The position numbers and the translations under genes were made by a program. From Paraglomus brasilianum (taxonomy: Eukaryota), in assembly GCA_910592345.1 (NCBI GenBank), contig CAJVPI010000359.1, positions 1 to 33,436 of the forward strand: a stretch of DNA of 33,436 nt, in the 5' to 3' direction. This document shows positions 1-8,662 of this stretch, in pieces. The notes below the pieces were generated by a model that had not been told where the DNA came from, did not search any database, and saw only the letters and a list, made by a program, of their open reading frames with translations. Within the stretch, counting starts at the first letter, position 1. The number at the start of each line of letters is the position of its first letter.

Positions 1-76
<76 letters not shown>
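1..76. repeat. (AAT)n microsatellite, about 25 units, running off the left edge
   Basis: Perfect AAT trinucleotide run from base 1 to 76. Confidence 0.98.
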
Positions 77-1554
77 GCAACAATCTCCTAAATTCGAAAA
101 CCCGATATTTCGTCATTAAAGCAGAAGAAGCCATAGCTCCGTTCGAAATCCCAAGAGTTAACGATCGATTGTTTACTACTCAGAGCTTGTGAGTTTGTTT
201 GGTAAGCAGCATAAACAATAGAATTAAGGATGATGGCAAATTCTATAAACTTGCTTCATTTGCATTTACAACAAAAAATCGTCAAACACACAAAAGCTGT
301 ATATTTGAAAGTCATCTGAATGGGAATACAGTTGGACATTGAGCAACATCCAGTTGTCACAATTGTATTTTGGTACTTGGTTTGCTGAGAATCAAAAGGC
401 AGCAACTGAAGCTTGTTATTGTGTAAAACTTTTAATTTCATTGTCATTTCAGTACAAATTAAGTTGGTGAAATCACCAGAATGGGGTCAAAAATCATACT
501 GAGCAAAACTCTCTATCGCATGCTATATAGTAAGACGCTGCTAAAGTAAAACGCTTGCTTTATTGTTGTGCTTAATTCACAATACTAAAATCCCACGCTA
601 AAATTTTACACAAAACAATTAACCGCATTTGACAACGTGGGCGTTGTTGTCGCAAAAGTCGCATTTATTTCCCACGTTTACATATTCACGACACTCAAGA
701 AAGAAAGCAGCTGAATTAATTCGAAGAAAATTTAAATTTAATGTGCATGCTAGTATAATATAAACTTAATTTTATAATATAGTTTGAGCATATGCCACAA
801 TTAGCGGGCGGTTTAATTACGTTGAAGCAGATGATGAACTAACAGTTAATTGACAGATAAAAGTCACATGCGCACTTACTTTATAAGAAATCTCAAAGGT
901 ATTTATAATTGGCTAGAGAAAGTAGTAAACAACCCTGTTGAATCGCGCATGCAAGTGCTAACCGACAGGGTACTAATTCGTATAATAAAAGTTTTAGCTA
1001 ACGCGCACAAATAGCGTATATAACTAGTCCCTCAAATTTAGTTCATTCGAAAGTGCAAAATAATATTCAATTTACGTCTTACGGAATTAAGTTCGCTCTC
1101 CCAACAAATTAAATAGGTCAACTTTATTAATCACTCAAAATTGTAGATATTAATTAAGGGTGGAAGTTTATATGTTGGGCCGCCATCATTTGCTACAATT
1201 CTCTTTGTCGAGACATACTTTCAATTATTCTTGCAATGCAATTTCTCATTCCTTTACTTTTTCTGCAAAAAGGGGTGGTTTTTACTGTCTTGCCAATTCC
1301 GATCGATGGAATTTAAACGTAGCGGTAGTTGATTGACCACGTTTAGCTTCAAACACTTGTAAGTCAAAATTTCAAAATTACCATTGGTTTATTTTATATT
1401 TGCAATATTACGCATACACACACATATATATAGCTGTCAACAAAGTATAAAAATGTTGGGTTTCTTTCTGGATACCTGTTATTATTATATATAATTTAAG
1501 CAATTAATAAGATTAGAGCTTATAAGAAATAACAAAGATTCGTGTGCGATTCCT

Positions 1555-2541
1555 TCATAACCGCTTTATGCACAAGCTGTAGGGGCGGAGATCTTCCTGA
1601 TTTTCGCTTCGCCAGTAATTAGTATTGCCAATTTTAATTAAGTTGTTAGGATTAACCCGATTCTGTATAATCACTTTGTACTTATAACCCTGCCACTCGA
1701 ACGGTTTGGCGTACAATTCGGCTATTTGAACGCTCGGTGTGGTGTAAATCCCAGACCCAACGGCTTGGGACACAGCAGTTTCACGCATAAAACCTTCTTC
1801 GGCAATTGTCTTGCCGTTATGATATCCAGTGCCGTGATATGACACGGGCCATTCTCCGGGTGCGTTAACACAACCAAGCCAGATATTAGAGCCCCATCTG
1901 TCGAGGACTTTAAGCGCGTACCGCCTCCATCCGCAAGGTCTATAATACGGACAACTTCCTCTCGAGTAGTTTACCATATCAACGATACCCGTAAAGTCAT
2001 AATCCCAAGGCGGGTCAAAAAATTCATCACTTAGAAATACCGTTCGGTCTCCACCACGGAGGCGAAGCACCATGTGCACGGTGCTTTCCTGTTTTATATT
2101 ATAATCTGCTAATGTCAGATTATTTTCAAGTTGCATGCCTGCAAAAATCAACCGCTGCCATTCTGGTGGGATGCCCTCTTTGTCTTGGATTCTTTCTTTA
2201 AGTTTTGCTATTGTTTCCATACCTTCGAAATCAGTTATTATTGTTTTACCAGTAAGCGTTTTCACGTATAACATCCCATCACATTGCTCTGTGGAAGACT
2301 GTGTTGCGATAGCACCATCACTGATCAGAGGTGTTTTACTGGATGATTTTAAGTCAAGATTGTCGATAGCAAGCCGTCGCTTGATATTGTGACCAACGAG
2401 TGATGTTGTATGAAATGCTTGTAGATCAAGCTTTTCAATACGTCTATCTGTCTTGAGGCAGTACTCATCGTAGGTAATTACCGGCCTTTGAATTAGTCCC
2501 TCAACGGCTGCTGCCGCGAGAGAAGCGCTGAGAGGAGACAT
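1555..2541 (-). CDS. Ubiquitin-like domain fused to an ADP-ribosyltransferase-fold (NEURL4/PARP-like) domain, 328 aa, intronless
   Basis: After an N-terminal extension of about 89 aa comes a ubiquitin domain, [11 protein letters not shown]...[15 protein letters not shown]...TLADYNI...HMVLRLRGG. It is followed by RPCGW...WPVSYHGT...GSGIYTTP...AELYA...QNRVNP...LRPYSL, the His-Tyr-Tyr pattern of the diphtheria-toxin/PARP-type ART fold. Confidence 0.85.
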   Translation of the reverse strand: MSPLSASLAAAAVEGLIQRPVITYDEYCLKTDRRIEKLDLQAFHTTSLVGHNIKRRLAIDNLDLKSSSKTPLISDGAIATQSSTEQCDGMLYVKTLTGKTIITDFEGMETIAKLKERIQDKEGIPPEWQRLIFAGMQLENNLTLADYNIKQESTVHMVLRLRGGDRTVFLSDEFFDPPWDYDFTGIVDMVNYSRGSCPYYRPCGWRRYALKVLDRWGSNIWLGCVNAPGEWPVSYHGTGYHNGKTIAEEGFMRETAVSQAVGSGIYTTPSVQIAELYAKPFEWQGYKYKVIIQNRVNPNNLIKIGNTNYWRSENQEDLRPYSLCIKRL

Positions 2542-3036
2542 GTTTTTGATGCTTTTTAGAAGAGGGGAGGTAGCAGTGCATTTTATCGTTATGATTATAT
2601 TTTTCTGTTTACAAAAGTTATGTCACGGTGATCTATTCTACAATGGTTTTACAATGTGTTGACTTGATCGATTGTGCCGTTAATGTCCCCACCATCATGT
2701 CTATTGTAACCATATTAATGTTTGGTATTACGAAGACCCATATATAGTTATTCCAGAGCATCTGCGAGAATTGGGTCTCATAGAATAAACCCAAAACTTT
2801 AACTACATTTGTGCAATTTATTTTTTTTAAACCAGAGTGAAAAATCACATAACTGGGTCTCACACTTTCACAGAAAAATTTATTACATTTTTTTACATAT
2901 ATATATTTGCGATCATCCTGAAGTAGCATAGCACAATACATATTGATAAAAAAAAACGCTTAGTAATTAAAACCAAACAGAATCGACCAGCATAAAATTT
3001 ATCAAAACAGAAGCTACAATATCGTGTGAAGCGGTC

Positions 3037-4383
3037 CTAATAAATGTCGAATGCTTTTGTGATTGCAAATTGAACAAAGAAGAAGTCCAATGGAATAGGA
3101 TTGGGAAGATTTTGAGGCATTTGGACAGTAGACTTTAAATCATGGTAAAGACATCTTAATGATACGTTAATGACGCATTGACCTTGCACGATATTTAATT
3201 GAGCTCCTGTGCCATCCCGTGTACCGAATTCAAACTAATAATCATTATACATACATTAGAGATTTTTAATATGTTAACAGAAAAGCGAATCACTATAGTC
3301 TAACATTACCGTAGTTACAAGAGGAACTGTATTTCTCGTTCCTATACCTGCTGAGACACAGTAATGCCAAGCCTACAATGAATTAAAATCTTAGAATGTT
3401 ATACAAATAATATGATTGCTATGCTGTATAAATATAACTTACCCTCATACGGACCGGTACTTGGCCTTGTGGAACCGGATCGATCTTTACAATAATACAA
3501 TCATGGGCGCGACCAGGACTTAACCAGTAGCGCAACGTTTCTTCGACGTGATCTAGTGTTTCAGTGTAGGCTACTTCCACGACCAAATTTGGCCAAGGTT
3601 CTTCCTAAATAAAAAAGGTATATGAAATTACTAGCTTCAAAAGTTCAAAGCCAACAAAAAGATAGAAATTACGTTTCTGTCGCTCCCATTTGGCGCAGTT
3701 ACAGCAGGCTTTTTTGGGCGAAATGATGCATCGGCTTCTTTTCCACGGTTTCTGTCACGTGTTCCTTTAAGAAATAAAAATTAATACGATGCCGATATGT
3801 TATAACAACATTAATACTTACTGGTAGAACCAAAAGTAAGAATTTCGGCATTAGTTCCATCAGCATTACCGCATTGTCTATTTATTTGCTTAACAATTGC
3901 ACCGATGCAAACTTCGTGTGGCTTAGAAAGAAACTCGTAGATTAAGACTTCTCCGTTTGACCACTCCCAACATCTGTGAATATTAAACTCTTCTGTACGT
4001 CTTTCATATTCTTCAATGTCGATCCCCTTAGCAAGTACATATGGCAGACTTAATACAATAATTTATATCAGCAACTGGCTCAAAAAATACCAACACCAAA
4101 GCAGTAAACTTACGTTACTTCATTCCATCTCGCCTTTTCATTAAATTCTCCCTTTTCCCACCACAAGTTTCGATAATAGTTGCAGGCTGGCATTCTTTCT
4201 GGAACCGCATCAATACTATCCCTAAGAATATATCCGAAAGGTAAGCAAAAATAAGGAGTAAAAATTGCACAAATTTACTTACTCAGTGGCTACAGAGCTA
4301 GCACTTGTACTTGACCCTTTTTTTGAACTAAAGCTACTAAAGCTACTGAAACTGGTATTTGCATTACCGGTATAAAGTGACAT
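3037..4383 (-). CDS. Uma2-like PD-(D/E)XK restriction-endonuclease-fold protein, 7 exons, 316 aa (not in the ORF track)
   Basis: Exons 4383-4283, 4221-4114, 4048-3822, 3764-3673, 3604-3443, 3372-3310 and 3234-3037 are all GT-AG bounded and join into one 951-nt frame from ATG to TAG. The translation includes IDIEEYERR...WEWSNGEVLIYEFLSKPHEVCI...GKEADASFRP...WPNLVVEVAYTETL...YWL, matching the Uma2 motif order E-x-x-x-G, P-H, PD, P-x-LVVEV. Confidence 0.85.
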
Positions 4384-4683
4384 TTTGATGTTTTTGGAAA
4401 GATGGAAGGATAAACATTACAGTAAGCTGATTTAAATTTTGCGTCACAATTATTATTCGCTCGTGACCAAACCAATATGATGTAATGATGACTCAATTAT
4501 TAAACGATACACAGATGATGTAAACTCGATCTATTATATACATATATATACTAGGGATTTTCGTGTTCCGTAAAATCAATGTACAAAAAATATACAAGTT
4601 ATCAAATCAAATAAATTAAATCGAATAAGTTATATGTTGTTATTATTATATTTATAACAAATTGTTTTACAGATGTGAAGTAT

Positions 4684-5020
4684 CTATGCACTATTAATTT
4701 GACGCATTTCTTCTCGAATACTCCATAAGAGTTTGTAATGCATAGCTAATTCAGAAGCACAAAACACCAGATGGACGATAATACCATTCAATAAATTTTC
4801 TTTGTATAGTAATACACGTTCTGATCTTTTTTGCAACTTCTCTAGCACGATTAACCTTCTTAATAGCATTGGACATCCATAACCCATATCGGTGTAATGC
4901 AAATTCATTATCATAATCATATCCTGAAATAGATTTTTGTTCGATTTTCAGTAAATATTCATCATAAGTTATATCACAAAAGGTATTTCCTGTACAATGG
5001 ATAGCCCAATGCCTCTCCAT
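4684..5020 (-). pseudogene. Frameshifted ORF of unknown function with an IQR-x-x-x-x-W-x-YRP motif
   Basis: ORF 4751-5065 (MERHWAIHC...KIRTCITIQRKFIEWYYRPSG) continues naturally into the end of ORF 4684-4920 (CASELAMHYKLLWSIREEMRQINSA*) if one frameshift is assumed near 4765. Confidence 0.55.
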
Positions 5021-5029
5021 CACGACGGG

Positions 5030-6120
5030 TTGTGTAGGAAAAGACGTTAATGAGCGTGAAGACAAGAGACTTCAAAGATCATGCGTATGGGGTGAACGCA
5101 AATTCGTGCGAACTGTGGAATGCTTGCTTCAAGGTACACATGGCAAAGCGCCTGCAAACATTATCGATGAGGCGATTGATGAAGCATTAATGTTAACTGC
5201 TAGGTGACTGTTATTCTTCGATTTTTTTTGTTTGTTTAACTAATTTTAGGACACCAAAATATAGGATCGCGCAGAATTTTTCAAAATCCACGTGGTAGTG
5301 GAACCGTTTCTATATCACCAATCTCCATAATCCATCAATAACTAATAAAGGAACGCAAAACTCCATAATTCATCAATGCTCCGTCATAAACTCTTGACGA
5401 CAAACGCGATTTGTGGCCGCTTCATTTCGAAAAAAAAAGGCATAATAATAAGTGGCCCGTTCCTCACAGAATAACGTCCGATTGCAAAATCACCTATATT
5501 CGCAAAACTAATGAATGGAAATTTACGAGACGCAGAAATAACTCCGCGAAACCCAAGCGGATAGTTCTATTACTGCAGTTTCCATCGACCCTGGCCTTCA
5601 CATGGTACTCTCCTACTAAAGGTGTAGGTAAAATTGGCCAATACGACATTGGACGAATTATTCGTCTATGCAAGCATATTAATATGGATAATTTTCTTTC
5701 TATAAAGGACAAGCTGGCTGCCTCTGGTTCAAAACGTAAGAAGAAACAGGCCTTGCGACTTGATAAGGCAATCTGTCAGATGCGACGAAAAATCAAATAC
5801 CTGCAAAGCAAAGTTCATAAAAAGAGTGTTGCATTTTTTACTCGCGAATTTGATGCTATTATAATTCCTCCTTTTGAGGTGTCGAATATGGTAAATCGAA
5901 AAACAAGAAGGATAGCACAAAACCCGTTCGCAAAATGCTCTGTTGGGGCCACTATCAATTTCGCCAACGCCTGGTGGCTAAAGCAGAAGAATTATTAGCC
6001 TATATTTCAAAAACTTGCAGCTGGTGAGCGTTCAAAAAATAGGAGGGTCCGAGATGTACAAGTGTCGAAATTGTGGAACTGTAATGGATCGAGATGAAAA
6101 TGGCGTTCGGGGAATCTTTC
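5030..6120 (+). pseudogene. Degraded Fanzor2 / IS607-TnpB-like RuvC nuclease gene (mobile element relic)
   Basis: Motifs occur in the right order across several frames. They are APANIIDEAIDEAL (about 5148-5189), SDCKITY (WED-like), RuvC-I AVSIDPG (DPG at 5587-5595) then FTWYSP, bridge helix MRRKIKYLQSKVHKKSVAFFTREFDAIIIPPFEVSNMV, VRKMLCWGHYQFRQRLVAKAEE, AYISKTCSW, Zn-finger YKCRNCG and RuvC-III MDRDENGVRGIF (DRD at 6087-6095). There are several frameshifts, short deletions and in-frame stops. Confidence 0.88.
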
Positions 6121-6555
6121 CGGAGATCATGCAGGAAATAGTAGTAATGCCTACTATTGATATGTTACAATCCATCCGTGTCCATCTCAGGTGAGGACAT
6201 ATGACTTGCTTTATCTGATCTAGACCTTGTCGTTCCTGGGAATCAATTTGGAAAAGGTTTTCTTCGGAGCTTAAATTCCGTAATAATTCAACCCGTCCGT
6301 TCGGAAATGTCAATCCCATTTTTTTATTTTATAAGAGATAAGAATTGTGCTACTGGAAGAATCAGCCCGTGAAACACAACAGTATGATAGAAAGACGCCC
6401 AATGTGGTCCATAGCAAATAAAAAAGAGGTCGCGTTTAGCGATCTCATCCTCAGATGAGCGATAGTAGGATTTGAGTGACATACTGATAAGAGACTGTGC
6501 TTATAGTCACATATGATTCTGTCTCAGCATCGATCAAGTGTAAATTCAATTTCGC

Positions 6556-6563
6556 TATATAAA
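6556..6563 (+). promoter_or_regulatory. Putative TATA box of the metallothionein-like gene
   Basis: TATATAAA about 220 nt upstream of the ATG at 6782. Weak evidence in AT-rich DNA. Confidence 0.4.
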
Positions 6564-6781
6564 CACGATCTTGACTTCACCAAGAAAATAACCCATTACT
6601 ACTCTCAAGAAGATTACAGAAATAAATACTTCTTGATAGAAAAATAATCAAAAAAAGAAGTTTTTCCAAGACCAAGGAAATAGTGCTGAAACTTATTTAC
6701 AATCACATACATAGTTATCACCATTATACTCTCGTCGACCCATTCTTCATCTCTATCGTTGCGAACAAGCTTTCACTCACG

Positions 6782-7018
6782 ATGTCAATTATATGCGCCT
6801 GTCAGTTGGTGCCTAACCATCCTTGTGATCACTGTCCAGAGCACACCAAACGATGCCTGTGCGAAGACTGCGAACGTCAATCAAAAGTTTTCGAAAACGA
6901 AGCGCACCAACAAACGGTACTCAAGACTCAAGTCGACGTATTTCAACAACACTCCCAATATTGCGAATGTGATGGATCTGGTGTTGGATGCCAATGTGGC
7001 AAGACGTGCCACTGTTGA
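6782..7018 (+). CDS. Metallothionein-like Cys/His-rich protein, 78 aa
   Basis: The first ATG in ORF 6683-7018 gives MSIICACQLVPNHPCDHCPEHTKRCLCEDC, a Cys-free spacer, then CECDGSGVGCQCGKTCHC*. It has 13 Cys in CxC/CxxC motifs in two terminal clusters and ends in CxC. Confidence 0.7.
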   Translation: MSIICACQLVPNHPCDHCPEHTKRCLCEDCERQSKVFENEAHQQTVLKTQVDVFQQHSQYCECDGSGVGCQCGKTCHC

Positions 7019-8662
7019 TTATCTATGAATTAAATGTCAGTCGTCTGAGACACTCTTTTGTATTAATATATATATCTTTATAACATTCAGTATAATTCAA
7101 TTATTGTTGGGATACTAGTGCCTTTGGAATTGATGGAATAAATGGTATAAAAAAATTACAAAAAATTTGTGTTGACAAGATAAAACAGCGTTAACACCTA
7201 AATATAGGAAATATAAAGTACAAATACAGCGTATGGCTTCAATAAAACATTTTAACTGGAATACTATAAACATTTTGACAATATCACTAATAATACTTTT
7301 GTGCCTTTTTAAATTGATTTTAGCGTTACGTTACAGATTCTCTCTACAAAGAGGTTGATTCCGGTTGCAGTAAACATTGCTGAAAACCCGATAAATTTTC
7401 GTTTGACAACTACTTACGTACGCCGTCAATCGATCGAAACTTTGAATACCTGATCGCTCGGACGGGACTAATCAATCGTCGCGTTTTGATTGGACGTGAG
7501 TTTAATTTTGAAAACGTGGAAAATCATAAGATGTCAGTTCAAAAACCAATCAATGAATTTATGTTTAAAGAAATGAGAAAGCTATTCCGCTGAAAAAGAT
7601 ACAGTTGTGTAGAAAACTCTAGTAATAATCTTTATTTTTATAGCAGAGGAAAAACGTTGGTCAGCTTTCAGATAATAATTTATACGCATGGTTTCATGAA
7701 TATAATACTTAATTAAGCAAAGCACGTGCTTTTGAGTATTTTATTATCAAGTACAAAAAGACATACAGAGGAGTGTAATATTAACGAAATATGTTATCAA
7801 AAATAGCTACAACCTGTATGATTTAACTCCGTATCAAGCCCACAGACACACATTACTCATTTAGCCAAAGTGATGCATCGATACATCAAATTATTCCTCT
7901 TCCTATTGTTGAGCGTAGTCTCAAAAAACTTAAAGTTGATGCACAAGCGAGGAAACGGACGCTAAAAGCAGAGTAAAACCAAACAATGTCTCGCGTTATT
8001 GTGCAGAATGTACGCCATAAAAATGTTGTTTCGACCCGTCAACTTGCTGCAAAAAAGGCATATGCGAATACATCAGTTCACTTTTACAATTCGGGCACAG
8101 GCGCATTGAATGACAAGTAGGACCGAACAATGGCCGGACGGTTTTCGATGAGATTCCCAGTTATGGAAGGGAGCTGTAAAAGCCCAGGTTTAAAGTTTAC
8201 AACGTCCGCTGTCCGCATTCGTAATTCGCAGAGTTACACAACATTTGACACGCGATAAATTTGGTAGTCATTAGTATACCACACCATTCTGTGGTTATAG
8301 TCAATAATTCCGAATTTCCCCTCCCCCGACACTTTATACACTAGTCCAAATTAGTCTATTTGTGTTAGTTAATATTAAGTGTCGTCTCTAATCAATATCC
8401 GTGGAAAACCCGGTAACCAGAAATTGGTCGTGGGAATTTAACGCCCGTGCAGTAAAAATACCCAGAGGTTACTGCGTAAATCATTATGGTATCTCTTTTT
8501 TGAAAACAAATCCGACAGCCTGGTCGTTCGTTTGAGAGTTGGGGGATTTATTATAAATTAATTACGTAATTAACTATAAATATTAAATTTCTAATTATTT
8601 ATGCAGAGCATTTATAAATAAACTGCGAGATGTTCTATGCCGCATATCAATGGAGATTTATT

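Noticed and set aside
1..76. (AAT)n run as a telomere or poly-Asn coding tract
   Set aside because: It is not a TTAGGG-like repeat. The Asn frame stops at about 119 and its start lies outside the window, so it cannot be supported.
77..470. Possible spliced gene remnant on the plus strand (AIAPFEIPRVNDRLF...IKDDGKFYKL)
   Set aside because: It needs an implausibly short 32-nt intron, soon hits a stop and shows no recognisable family motif.
5411..5998. The 195-aa ORF as an intact functional TnpB/Fanzor
   Set aside because: It starts at TTG, its RuvC-I DPG is in another frame, and the Zn finger and RuvC-III lie beyond further frameshifts.
6759..7028. 89-aa ORF overlapping the metallothionein-like gene
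   Set aside because: It is an alternative frame with no motif. The patterned Cys frame is the more convincing one.
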